DNA from: Candidatus Marinacidobacterales bacterium
Lineage (GTDB): Bacteria > Acidobacteriota > Vicinamibacteria > Marinacidobacterales > SMYC01
Length of the DNA stretch: 64,000 nucleotides
Assembly (NCBI GenBank): GCA_965237955.1
Contig: OZ250169.1
Coordinates: 4,768,001 to 4,832,000 of the forward strand
Direction: 5' to 3'
Part shown: one piece after another, positions 40,800 through 50,304 of the stretch
Numbering within the stretch: position 1 is the stretch's first letter
Layout of the letters: each line of letters begins with the position of its first letter
Translations under genes and position numbers: made by a program
The notes under the pieces: model-generated
Seen by the model: the letters and a program-made list of their open reading frames with translations, nothing else
What the model was told of the DNA's origin: nothing
Database searches by the model: none

Positions 40800-41890
40800 C
40801 AGTGGTCCACGCCGAGGCTCGCGAGCGCCCACGCGATCTCGGACTCGGGGAATCTTTCGATGGTATCGACGCGACCCCAACCCACCGGCAGGATGAAACG
40901 CAGCCCGGCGTGGCTACGTTTCTTGTCTTTGTTCACCGCAGCAAGCACGCGCGCTTTTTTGAGCTTGGCGATCGCCGGGAGCGGGCCGATGCGGCGAATC
41001 GCGGTCTCGAGCCGGCTCGCCAGCCCCGCGTCGATCGAACCGCGTCGCTCACCCAGGCGCACCGCCGCGATCATGCCCCAACCTACGGCTTCCCCGTGTC
41101 GCAGTAGCTTGTAATCGGAAGCGGCCTCGAGCCCGTGTCCGATCGTATGGCCGAAGTTCAGGATTCTACGGAGTCCGTGCTCGCCTTCGTCGCTACGGAC
41201 GACGTCGAGCTTGCGGCGAACGCCATCGCCGATGGAGCGGACGAGACCCTCCGAGCCGACCTCGAGAGGCTCTTGCTCGACGCGTCTCAGGAGCCGCGGC
41301 ACCCCGATGAAGCCATACTTGACGAGCTCGAACAGACCCGAGCGGAGCTCTCGCTTCGGAAGTGACGCCAGAAACGACGGGTCGATCCAAACGGCACTAG
41401 GACGGTACATCGCGCCAATGAGATTCTTGCCACGAGGATGATTCACGCCGACCTTCGCGCCGATAGAGCTGTCGATTTGAGCGAGAAGCGTCGTTGGGAT
41501 TTGAGCGTAGGAAACCCCGCGCAAGAACGTGGCCGCGACGAAACCCGCGGTGTCGCCCACGGTGCCTCCACCGAACGCGAGCACGGCGTCGTCGCGAGAA
41601 AAGCCCTCTCGCAGGAGCTGGTCATACAGCCGGTTGACGGTGTCGAGGTTCTTGTTCTTCTCTCCGGCCGCCATCTTGAGCGTCGTCCGCGGTATGCCCG
41701 CGCGGTCGAGGCTTTCGTAGAGCCTGTCTCCGTGCAGCCGCTCGACGACCGCCTGGGTAACGACCGCGACGCGACGCGTACCCCATAACTTCTTGATGAG
41801 CGTCCCGACACGATCGACGAGATTCTCTCCAAGGAGGACGGGGTATGGATCCCCCGCCTGATGCAATTGCCGCAACCGTCGTACACTCAA
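40799..41890 (-). CDS. aroB: 3-dehydroquinate synthase
   Basis: GGGTVGD, PTTLLAQIDSSIG, KNLIG, LNFGHTIGH; start uncertain. Confidence 0.95.
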   Translation of the reverse strand: MSVRRLRQLHQAGDPYPVLLGENLVDRVGTLIKKLWGTRRVAVVTQAVVERLHGDRLYESLDRAGIPRTTLKMAAGEKNKNLDTVNRLYDQLLREGFSRDDAVLAFGGGTVGDTAGFVAATFLRGVSYAQIPTTLLAQIDSSIGAKVGVNHPRGKNLIGAMYRPSAVWIDPSFLASLPKRELRSGLFELVKYGFIGVPRLLRRVEQEPLEVGSEGLVRSIGDGVRRKLDVVRSDEGEHGLRRILNFGHTIGHGLEAASDYKLLRHGEAVGWGMIAAVRLGERRGSIDAGLASRLETAIRRIGPLPAIAKLKKARVLAAVNKDKKRSHAGLRFILPVGWGRVDTIERFPESEIAWALASLGVDH

Positions 41891-41945
41891 TTTCAGAAAC
41901 CCCCCAACAGGTTGACAGGTTATCAAAACTCGTGCCGAAAAATAG

Positions 41946-42440
41946 CTAACGGAGCCAGCCGGGAAAGGCCCCGGCCTTGCGGGCACGTTCTCGGAAATCC
42001 ATGGCCACCTCTTCACGCTCCTCGCGCAAGCTTTCCAGAGTTTCTTCGATAAGCGCCACCGCCGTGTCCTCTCGCCGCCGACCCTTCAAGCGCGCCTTTA
42101 TCTGGCGGTCGCGGAGGCGCCACTCCAAGCGGCGAATGCTTGCGTTGAGCCGGGCGAGCTCGCGCTCATGGCGGGCCTTTTCGTTGCGCCAGAACGATTC
42201 CTCCTTCTCGAGATCGCGTTCGGTTTGGGGCCGGCGCCTCGTGTTTTTTGCGCTTGTCTCGACGCGCGGGTGGGCGGCGTACGTGTCGAGATCGGCATTG
42301 GTAAATGTTTTTGAGCGCTCGCTTGACGAGTGGATGGTTTGGCGCCGCGCGCGCTCCTTGCGAGCTATGGACGAAAGATCCCGCGCAACGACGATCACGG
42401 ATAGAAGAGCCAGGCAAACGATGAGAACCGCTAGTTTCAA
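41946..42440 (-). CDS. Secreted coiled-coil hypothetical protein
   Basis: Signal peptide; KTFTNADL; ends ARKAGAFPGWLR; GAGGTG RBS. Confidence 0.7.
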   Translation of the reverse strand: MKLAVLIVCLALLSVIVVARDLSSIARKERARRQTIHSSSERSKTFTNADLDTYAAHPRVETSAKNTRRRPQTERDLEKEESFWRNEKARHERELARLNASIRRLEWRLRDRQIKARLKGRRREDTAVALIEETLESLREEREEVAMDFRERARKAGAFPGWLR

Positions 42441-42528
42441 CTCACACCTCCTTGGTTGAGCCTTGGTTGAGTAAGACGAGAAAAAGGGGCGGTGACCTCC
42501 CTCGAAAAAGATGTGCTACGCTCTCGCG

Positions 42529-43167
42529 GTGTCCAGCGACGTCATGGCCGAACGGCGGCGTTGCATGCTCGACGAGCAGCTGGTGCGTCGCCGCATCCGC
42601 GATGAGCGTGTGCTGGACGTCATGGGACGTATCGAAAGGCATCGCTTCGTCCCCGACGACCGTCTGGCGAACGCTTACGGCGATTTCCCCATAGCGATCG
42701 GCGCAAAACAGACCCTCTCGCAGCCGTACGTGGTGGCGCTCATGACGGAAGCGCTGAAGCTCGAGGGGTGTGAGAAGGTCCTCGAGATCGGTACCGGCTC
42801 CGGGTATCAGACGGCCATCCTCGCGGAGCTTGCAGCGGAAGTTCTCACCGTCGAGGTGGTCGAAGACCTCGCGGAGGCTGCCGAAGAGCGCCTCGCGTGT
42901 TTGGGCTACGACAACGTCCGCTATCGGATCGGCGATGGACGCCTAGGCTGGCCTGAGGAGGCGCCCTTCGACGCCATTCTCGTGGCGGCGGCGCCGGGTG
43001 AGGTCCCGGCCGGGCTACGCGATCAACTTTCGCCAGCGGGGCGTCTCGTGATTCCGATCGGTCCGCCCGATTTGCAGGAGCTGGAGCTGCATGAGCGGGA
43101 TCCGGAGGATTCGTCTGGGTTCAGACTCTGTCGGCTGGGTGCGGTGAGATTCGTTCCGTTGATCTGA
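42529..43167 (+). CDS. pcm: Protein-L-isoaspartate O-methyltransferase
   Basis: QTLSQP, VLEIGTGSGYQ, APFDAI, VRFVPL. Confidence 0.96.
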   Translation: MSSDVMAERRRCMLDEQLVRRRIRDERVLDVMGRIERHRFVPDDRLANAYGDFPIAIGAKQTLSQPYVVALMTEALKLEGCEKVLEIGTGSGYQTAILAELAAEVLTVEVVEDLAEAAEERLACLGYDNVRYRIGDGRLGWPEEAPFDAILVAAAPGEVPAGLRDQLSPAGRLVIPIGPPDLQELELHERDPEDSSGFRLCRLGAVRFVPLI

Positions 43168-43200
43168 AGCCTCGAAATCGGGCGCCCGCTCGAGGACGCC

Positions 43201-43977
43201 TTAGTCGTCTTCAGGATGTTCGCGATCGCGGCCGAACGTCCACGCGATCCCGATTGAGAGCAGGTAGAGCGCGATCATCGGGAAGGCCAGCAGTGTCTGG
43301 GTGACGACGTCGGGCGGCGTGATGATGGCGGCGGTGATGAAGATGATGAGGACCGCATACTTGAAGTTGCGCCACAGGAAGCCGGGGGTGACGAGCCCCA
43401 TGCGCGCGAAGAGGAACACGACGGTGGGGATTTGGAAGACGAACCCCGTACCCAGAATCACCCGGCTGTAGAAACCGAACACCTCCGAGACCGTCGGCTT
43501 GATGGCAATCTCCTCGCTTCCGAACGTCGTCAGGAAGTTCACCGCAGTCGGGAACAGTATGTAGTGGCTGAAAGCGGCGCCCAACAAGAAAAAGCACGTA
43601 CCGAAGAAGATGAACGGCACGGCGAACTTCCGCTCCTTCTTGTACAGACCTGGTGAGATGAACAACCACACCTGGGTGAGCCACGCCGGGGACGCCACGA
43701 AAATGGCCACGAAAAACGACATCTTCAAATGAAGAACGAAGATTTCCGGCACTTTGGTCGCGATGAGCTCTCCACCTTCAGGAAGGGCCTTGGTCATCGG
43801 ACCCATCAAGAACTCGAAAATCTCAGTCGAGAACGTGAAACACACCACGAACGCGACCGCGAGGCTGATGATTGCGAAGACGATGCGGCGGCGGAGCTCG
43901 TCCAGGTGCTCCAGAAAGGACATTTTTTCCGGAGACTGATCGTCGTCCGGAGGGGGGAGCGCGGCGGGCTGGGCCAC
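43201..43977 (-). CDS. tatC: Twin-arginine translocase TatC
   Basis: MSFLEHLDELRRR, FISPGLY..ER, ITPPD. Confidence 0.97.
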   Translation of the reverse strand: MAQPAALPPPDDDQSPEKMSFLEHLDELRRRIVFAIISLAVAFVVCFTFSTEIFEFLMGPMTKALPEGGELIATKVPEIFVLHLKMSFFVAIFVASPAWLTQVWLFISPGLYKKERKFAVPFIFFGTCFFLLGAAFSHYILFPTAVNFLTTFGSEEIAIKPTVSEVFGFYSRVILGTGFVFQIPTVVFLFARMGLVTPGFLWRNFKYAVLIIFITAAIITPPDVVTQTLLAFPMIALYLLSIGIAWTFGRDREHPEDD

Positions 43978-44339
43978 TAAACTTTCGTTTCGGGTGGTTT
44001 CTCGGGTTTCTCTGACTCCGTGGCATGAGCCCCGGGTGGAGGCGCTGACCCGGCGTCCTCGCGCTCGCCTTCGAAGTCATCTTCGAGCTCCGTGGCCTTT
44101 TTGATCGCCTCTTTCGCCTCGTTGCTGATGGTCTCGATGGGCTCCATGATCTCTTTCCGCGTCTCCTCCACTCGGATCTCCTGCTCGAGGGTGCTGCGCA
44201 GCTCGTTGCTGGCCCGTTTGAACTCGCCGATGCTACGGCCGAGGGACTTTCCGAGCTGGGGGAGTTTGCGGGGGCCGAACACGATGAGGGCTATTACGAA
44301 GATGATGATGAGCTCTTGCGCCCCGATTGGGCCTAGCAT
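43977..44339 (-). CDS. TatA/TatB translocase subunit
   Basis: ELIIIFVIALIVFGPRKLP..GKSLG. Confidence 0.93.
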   Translation of the reverse strand: MLGPIGAQELIIIFVIALIVFGPRKLPQLGKSLGRSIGEFKRASNELRSTLEQEIRVEETRKEIMEPIETISNEAKEAIKKATELEDDFEGEREDAGSAPPPGAHATESEKPEKPPETKV

Positions 44340-44550
44340 GGTAAAAACCCCCCCTAATACGTTAGGTAGCCGGCCCCATTATAGGACGAAGGGCCGCGAC
44401 GAACCACCCCTTTGGCTGTACCTAGCGAAACCAGAGCGGATCCTCGCATAGTGCCTGCAGTGCGTTTATTTTACTTGAGATCCGCCGTCTGCTAGGATGA
44501 GTAAAGATGGTATTTGTCGCTAAAACTCTACTTGTCGCAGGCGGTTGTCC

Positions 44551-46245
44551 ATGAAGAAATCTGCACTGGCCGTGGTTCTGTCTTTCGTGATCGCGGGTGG
44601 CGTCATCGGTGGCTTGTTCGGAAGCAGCGCGCAGGCGAAGGTAGACCAATACACCGAGTTTCTACGCCGTTATACCTACGTGCTACGGTTGGTGGAAGAA
44701 GAGTATGTTACCGAGGTCGAGCCCAAGGACCTCGTGCACGCTTCGATCCGGGGCATGCTACGGACGCTGGATCCGCATTCCAACTTCTTGCCGAAGCAGG
44801 AGTACACCCAGCTTCAGGAGCGGCAGCAAGGAAGCTATCACGGGCTCGGCATCTCGGTGCAGATGCGGGAAGGCAATCTGACCGTCATCTCTCCGTTCGA
44901 AGGGACTCCGGCCTACAGGCTCGGTATTCGCTCCGGCGACATCATCTCCAAGATCGAGGGCGACCCGACGCACGGGGTCGAGCTCGACGCCGCCGTCAAG
45001 AAGCTTCGTGGCCCCAAGGGTAGCGAAGTCACGATCTCGATCACCCGTGCGGGCTACGACCAGCCGTTGGATTTCACCATCGTTCGCGACAAGATCGATC
45101 TCAAGAGCGTTCCCTATGCCTTCATGCTCAACGAGGATACGGGCTACGTGCGTATTTCAGATTTCACCGAGACGACGGACCGAGAGCTCCACGAGAATCT
45201 CGTCGCGCTCCAAATCGACGGCGCCACGAAGATGGTCCTGGATTTGCGCAACAATCCCGGAGGACTTCTCGACCAGGCCGTTCTCGTCTCGAACACGTTC
45301 CTCGAGAAGGGCTCCCTGGTCGTTTACACCGAAGGGCGCACCGCCGGATCGGATGTCCAATACCTCGCCGAGCAGGCGAGCTCCAACGCCGATATGCCCC
45401 TCGTGGTGCTCGTGTCCAGGGGGAGCGCCTCGGCTTCCGAAATCGTATCGGGTGCGATCCAAGACCATGACCGCGGGCTCATCGTCGGCGAGAACACGTT
45501 CGGCAAGGGCCTGGTGCAGTCGATCTACCGCATCAGCGAAGGCAATGGACTAGCGCTCACGACGGCCAAGTACTATACCCCGAGCGGTCGAAGCATCCAG
45601 CGCGACTACTCCGGCTCCTTCGACGATTACTACTACAACGCGCGGAACGGAGAGCCGGAAGCCCCGAGTGGTGAAGTGAAGTACACCACCGCTGGTCGGG
45701 AGGTTTACGGCGGGGGCGGCATCAACCCGGATATCCCCGTTAGGTACCCGCGGTTGCCGAAGGCCGTTTTGGCTTTGAACAGCAAGAATGTTTTTTTCAA
45801 GTACTCGACCCGTTTCGCCGCGGAGGATGACCGGCGGCTTCTCGATGGAGCTGGAATCCAACCCGCAGAGGTACGGACAGCCCGCCCGAAGAATATTCGG
45901 CTCATCGACAAGGGATTTCGCGTCGACGACGAAGTTCTGGAAGACTTCTTCAGCTTCCTCGATGAAGAAGGCATGGCCTACTCGAGGGAAGAGCTGGCCG
46001 AGCACCGTGACCGGTTGGCGCTTCGCATCGAGGTCGAGATTTTCAGCGCGCTCTGGGGAGCCGTCGCTGCCCGGACCATCGAAGTCCAGTACGATCCCAC
46101 GGTGAATGCTGGACTCGATGCGCTGCCGCTGGCGGCCGAGCTCTTGAGCGATCCGGTCGCGTACGCGGAGCGAGCCGCGGCCGCGAGCTCCGGCACGAGC
46201 GAAGCCTCTGAGGGCAAGAGGGCGCAACAGGCCAAGCCGCAATAA
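44551..46245 (+). CDS. Carboxy-terminal processing protease (S41, PDZ)
   Basis: LDPHS, DLRNNPGG, SASASEI, FGKG. Confidence 0.95.
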   Translation: MKKSALAVVLSFVIAGGVIGGLFGSSAQAKVDQYTEFLRRYTYVLRLVEEEYVTEVEPKDLVHASIRGMLRTLDPHSNFLPKQEYTQLQERQQGSYHGLGISVQMREGNLTVISPFEGTPAYRLGIRSGDIISKIEGDPTHGVELDAAVKKLRGPKGSEVTISITRAGYDQPLDFTIVRDKIDLKSVPYAFMLNEDTGYVRISDFTETTDRELHENLVALQIDGATKMVLDLRNNPGGLLDQAVLVSNTFLEKGSLVVYTEGRTAGSDVQYLAEQASSNADMPLVVLVSRGSASASEIVSGAIQDHDRGLIVGENTFGKGLVQSIYRISEGNGLALTTAKYYTPSGRSIQRDYSGSFDDYYYNARNGEPEAPSGEVKYTTAGREVYGGGGINPDIPVRYPRLPKAVLALNSKNVFFKYSTRFAAEDDRRLLDGAGIQPAEVRTARPKNIRLIDKGFRVDDEVLEDFFSFLDEEGMAYSREELAEHRDRLALRIEVEIFSALWGAVAARTIEVQYDPTVNAGLDALPLAAELLSDPVAYAERAAAASSGTSEASEGKRAQQAKPQ

Positions 46246-46343
46246 AATCACCACCTACTAGATCCTGCATACGCTTTCTGTTAACATACCACCTGTTGCG
46301 ATTCCATCCAATCGAGTATGTCTGCTTTCATGGAGGTTCATTT

Positions 46344-47678
46344 ATGGGACGCGCACCTTCGTTCGTCCTCGCGATGGTTACTGGTTGTACTATTAGTATC
46401 CTGGCTCTAGCTTCCGTCGCGGCAGCCCCGCGAGCGGCCCAGAGCTCGTTTCAGGACGAGATTGCCAATCTCCGGAGCCCAAACGTGGGCACCCGCGTCA
46501 GAGCTGCGAAGGCGCTCGGCAAGTCCGGACGCCCAGAGGCCATTCCCGCGCTCACCAAGGCGATGCGTGATCCGGAGCTCAAAGTTCGCCGCCAGACGGT
46601 GAGCTCGCTTCGGAGCTTCACTTCGTCAGAAGCCGTCGATGGTTTCCTCATCGGACTGCAGGACGAGGACAGAGTGGTCCGTCGTGACGCGCTCACCGCT
46701 GTGCTCGAAGTCTATGTCGGAGCCGGCAACGCCGAGAGCGAGAGTGCGTTGAGCTGGATCACCGGAGATCGCAAGCGAACCCCTGGACTGAAAGGGCTCA
46801 TCCCTTTCGACCCGCGGGTGGCGGATGCGGTTACGGCTCGGCTCCAGGATGAGGAGCCAGCGATCCGACGGCGAGCCGCGTACACCCTCGGAGTTCTGGG
46901 CGCCGAAAGTGCCGTCGCCGGTCTTTCCTCGTCGCTATACGACGGAGACAAGCGCGTGCGGCGCGAAGCCATCCACGCGCTCGCCCAGATCGGATCGGAC
47001 GACGCTGGCGAGGCGCTCCGCGATGCACTAGGAGGAGCTGCGAACGATCTGACCGGCGACGTCGTCGACGCGCTCGGTCACATGAAGTACAAGCCGGCTG
47101 CGCCGCAGCTCGTCAGTATCTACGACTCCAACGTGAACAAGCTCCGTGACCGCGCGCTAAGAGCGTTGGCCGCGATGGGGGCTCCCGACGCCCGCAGTGT
47201 TTTCTACTATCACATGACGAGCAAGAAGGCGGGCCAGCGTCGTTGGGCCGTCGAAGGACTCGGGCGGTTGGAGGACCTGGCCATGGTTCCGGGGTTGATC
47301 AAAGATTTTCTGAGGGAGCCCGATCCGAGAGTGCAGCTCGCTTATTGTTTTGCGCTCAGCTATCTCGGACAGCGCGAGTACGTCGACCGTGTGGCGCTCG
47401 ATCTCGGCAACAAGAAGCGCCGCCACCAGGCCCAAGCGTATGCCGTCGAGCTCGGCGACGAGTTCCTCGACGAGTTCGTCACCTACCTCGCGGATCCGGT
47501 CGCGCTCGTTCGCATGGAAATGACACAGGTACTCATGGAGATTGGTGACCCGAGAGCGATCCCGTATCTAGAGCCGCTCCTTGCCGACCCTGATTCGGAA
47601 GTGGCCGATCGCGCGAACGTCGCGATAGCCAGACTCCGGCAAGGCAGGCTGTCTGCATCTGCCGATCCTATCCCCTGA
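46344..47678 (+). CDS. Exported HEAT-repeat protein
   Basis: Signal peptide plus repeated VR..AA.ALG units; GGAGG RBS. Confidence 0.88.
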   Translation: MGRAPSFVLAMVTGCTISILALASVAAAPRAAQSSFQDEIANLRSPNVGTRVRAAKALGKSGRPEAIPALTKAMRDPELKVRRQTVSSLRSFTSSEAVDGFLIGLQDEDRVVRRDALTAVLEVYVGAGNAESESALSWITGDRKRTPGLKGLIPFDPRVADAVTARLQDEEPAIRRRAAYTLGVLGAESAVAGLSSSLYDGDKRVRREAIHALAQIGSDDAGEALRDALGGAANDLTGDVVDALGHMKYKPAAPQLVSIYDSNVNKLRDRALRALAAMGAPDARSVFYYHMTSKKAGQRRWAVEGLGRLEDLAMVPGLIKDFLREPDPRVQLAYCFALSYLGQREYVDRVALDLGNKKRRHQAQAYAVELGDEFLDEFVTYLADPVALVRMEMTQVLMEIGDPRAIPYLEPLLADPDSEVADRANVAIARLRQGRLSASADPIP

Positions 47679-47727
47679 CAGAGAAGACCGAGAAATCCAT
47701 CAGCCGAGGAACCCGCCAGGAGGTCAA

Positions 47728-48645
47728 ATGCGATCGTTGAAACCGCTGCTGCTCGCGGTGCTCTGCTGTTGTCTCGGGGGTCTCGCGTGCGATCGCGTCA
47801 CTGAGTTGAAGGACAGGCTCCTGGGGTCGTCGACGTCCGGAAACGCCGTCAACCCTGAGCTCGAGGCCATCCGGAGTCTGTACGAGTCGGGCGACTACGG
47901 AGGCGCTCTTCAGAGGATTGCCTCGGCCACTGAATCCGATCCGAACTTCGCCGAGGCGTACTACTACCGCGGGCTGTGCTATCTCGCCAAAGCGGGTGAG
48001 CCAGGTGAGTCTGACGCGAGCGCCCCGTTATCGCCCGACGAAGAGTCGAGCCTCGAAGCGTTCCGTCGTGCGCTGTCCATCAACCCCCGGCACGCACCTT
48101 CGAACGTCGGAGTCGGTGATCTCTACGCTCGTCGCGTCTCCGTGAGAGGGCGGCGCGGCAATACCGAAGATCCCGAAGACCCCTACGTACTCGCGCTGGC
48201 GGCCTACCAGCAGGCGGTCACGATCGATCCCACGCTCCCCAAGGCCCAACACCGCTTCGGACTGTTTCTCGAGCGGACGGGACAGCTCGACGAGGCCGAG
48301 CAGGCCTACCGGGCGGCGGCCGCGGCGGCCGCGGTCGTGCCCGAGACCGCTCCCGATTACTACGTGGCCTACGGGAAGTTTCTCGCCGGACCCGCGGATA
48401 GGCTAGACGAAGCGCTCGACCAGTTCGAGCTCGCGCAGATGTTCCGGCAGGACGACCTCTCGATCCGGCAAGAAATGGCGATCGTGCACGCGCGAATCGG
48501 GCTGCGGCACTTCGAGAAGCAGGAATACATGCTTGCCCAGAGCGCGCTCGAGGACGCCGTCGGAATGTTCCCCGACCCGAACATCCCCGAAGCGCAGAAG
48601 GCCTCGGAGGCGCTCAACCAACTTCACTCCATCCGCCGACGTTAA
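47728..48645 (+). CDS. TPR lipoprotein
   Basis: Lipobox GLAC; PNFAEAYYYRG and further TPRs. Confidence 0.85.
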   Translation: MRSLKPLLLAVLCCCLGGLACDRVTELKDRLLGSSTSGNAVNPELEAIRSLYESGDYGGALQRIASATESDPNFAEAYYYRGLCYLAKAGEPGESDASAPLSPDEESSLEAFRRALSINPRHAPSNVGVGDLYARRVSVRGRRGNTEDPEDPYVLALAAYQQAVTIDPTLPKAQHRFGLFLERTGQLDEAEQAYRAAAAAAAVVPETAPDYYVAYGKFLAGPADRLDEALDQFELAQMFRQDDLSIRQEMAIVHARIGLRHFEKQEYMLAQSALEDAVGMFPDPNIPEAQKASEALNQLHSIRRR

Positions 48646-48733
48646 ACCGCTCCTCCGAGTGTGGCTCTTCACACGGGCACCATGGTTGTAGTATCATCAC
48701 CCACTCGTGGGGTAACCGGGAAAGGCTGACCGA

Positions 48734-50119
48734 GTGAGGGGACTTCGTTTGGGACAATTCGTCGGCTTTCTCGTCCTCGGTCTCTTTGCCGTGACCTTGT
48801 GCGCCGCGGACAGTCCTGACGACGACGATTCCTGGAACGATATCGCTTCCGACGAGAAGTCTCTGGTTTTCGGGAGATTCGTCGGCAAGTTCGGAAGCAG
48901 GTTTTACCGCTCTCGCAAGGTGCGGCTCCGCGAGGTCACTACCGGCGAGGTCGAGGTCTTGGAGATCGGCAAAGCCTTGGGCCATATCGCCGAGACGATC
49001 CCGCCCGGCATCTACGACATGCTCGGCTTCGAAGCCGTCTACTATCCCCCCACGACGCGCCCGAGCACCCCGGGTCAATACCGACCGATTCGCCAGCGTT
49101 ATAAGGTGAGCCCGAAGGCGGGCGACTCTATGACGAGCCGCATTCTCGTACCCAAAGATCGGCCGGTGTACATCGGCACGATCCAGGCGGACAACTCGTC
49201 CGACGGCATCGTGTATCGCGGGCACCAGCTCCGCATCATCGATGATTTCCAAGAATCGTACCGGCGTCTCTCGAGCTCTTACCCCACCCTGGTGGGGAGC
49301 CTCGAGCGTCAAGGTATCGTTCCCGCGCGTCATTTCATGTTGAAGCCGACGGAAGTGCCCGGCCCGCTCGTTCGCGTCGTGGGGCTCGACGATCCCATCA
49401 AGCAGGCGCGCGAGTACATCCGGGACGGAAAGTACCGCCAAGCACTCACCTGGCTCAATACGTTCATGCCGGCTTCGGACGAGGAGCGCACCGAGGTCAA
49501 GCTTCTCGTGGGCGAGGCGCTTCTCGCGGACCAAGAGTACGAAGACGCTATCGAGGAGCTGGGCGAGGTGCTTCTCATCGATCCCAGCAATACGCGCGCG
49601 CTACGTCTGCTCGCTCGCGCCCACGTTTTCGACGGAAATCTCGAGGACGCTCAAAATCTCTACCAGGCCCTGGCCCAGACGTTGCGCGGCGACGCCGAAG
49701 CTCATCTGCATCTCGGCTATCTCTACGCCCTTCAGGAAGAGAGTACACGCGCGCGCGAGCAGTTCGGCGCTGCGTTCGAGAACGATTTCGATTATCTACT
49801 CCACGACTTAGCCCCGTTTGTCATCGCCCTGCGCGAAGCGGAAGAAGAGGGAGAGTACTTGCCGCCGCGGGTCGTGAGATACAGCGTGGCGCCACCGAAG
49901 AACATGGATTCACGTCGTTCTTGGGCCAACGGTGGGTTCTCGCTCCTCATCGATCACGAAGGTAACGTCAAAGCTGCCGAGATCGGATCGCAGACCCAAG
50001 GCACCGCCACGATGATGATGATGTCCTTGCTCAAGGCGACCTACCAGCCTGCGAGCCTCAACGGCATCCCGATCCCGGCGGTTCTCAGCATGGGCGTTTC
50101 CGACGTTCCGCGCCAATAG
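48734..50119 (+). CDS. Exported protein with central TPRs and a TonB-C-like C-terminus
   Basis: Signal peptide; TPRs; LLIDHEGNV...YQPASLNGIPI. Confidence 0.7.
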   Translation: MRGLRLGQFVGFLVLGLFAVTLCAADSPDDDDSWNDIASDEKSLVFGRFVGKFGSRFYRSRKVRLREVTTGEVEVLEIGKALGHIAETIPPGIYDMLGFEAVYYPPTTRPSTPGQYRPIRQRYKVSPKAGDSMTSRILVPKDRPVYIGTIQADNSSDGIVYRGHQLRIIDDFQESYRRLSSSYPTLVGSLERQGIVPARHFMLKPTEVPGPLVRVVGLDDPIKQAREYIRDGKYRQALTWLNTFMPASDEERTEVKLLVGEALLADQEYEDAIEELGEVLLIDPSNTRALRLLARAHVFDGNLEDAQNLYQALAQTLRGDAEAHLHLGYLYALQEESTRAREQFGAAFENDFDYLLHDLAPFVIALREAEEEGEYLPPRVVRYSVAPPKNMDSRRSWANGGFSLLIDHEGNVKAAEIGSQTQGTATMMMMSLLKATYQPASLNGIPIPAVLSMGVSDVPRQ

Positions 50120-50304
50120 TCTCCGCGTGCGGGGTGATTCCCACATCTGTGCCGACTTGACACACCTCGGTAGCCTTCGATACATCGTTATTGAGGGTAT
50201 TCGAGCCCTGCCTCTTTTAAAAAGCGCTGTAAATTCATAATTCTCATCCCTTCGGGCGTCCGGCATCCTTGACCGTTTAAACGCAACGAAAAGGGGAACT
50301 AACC

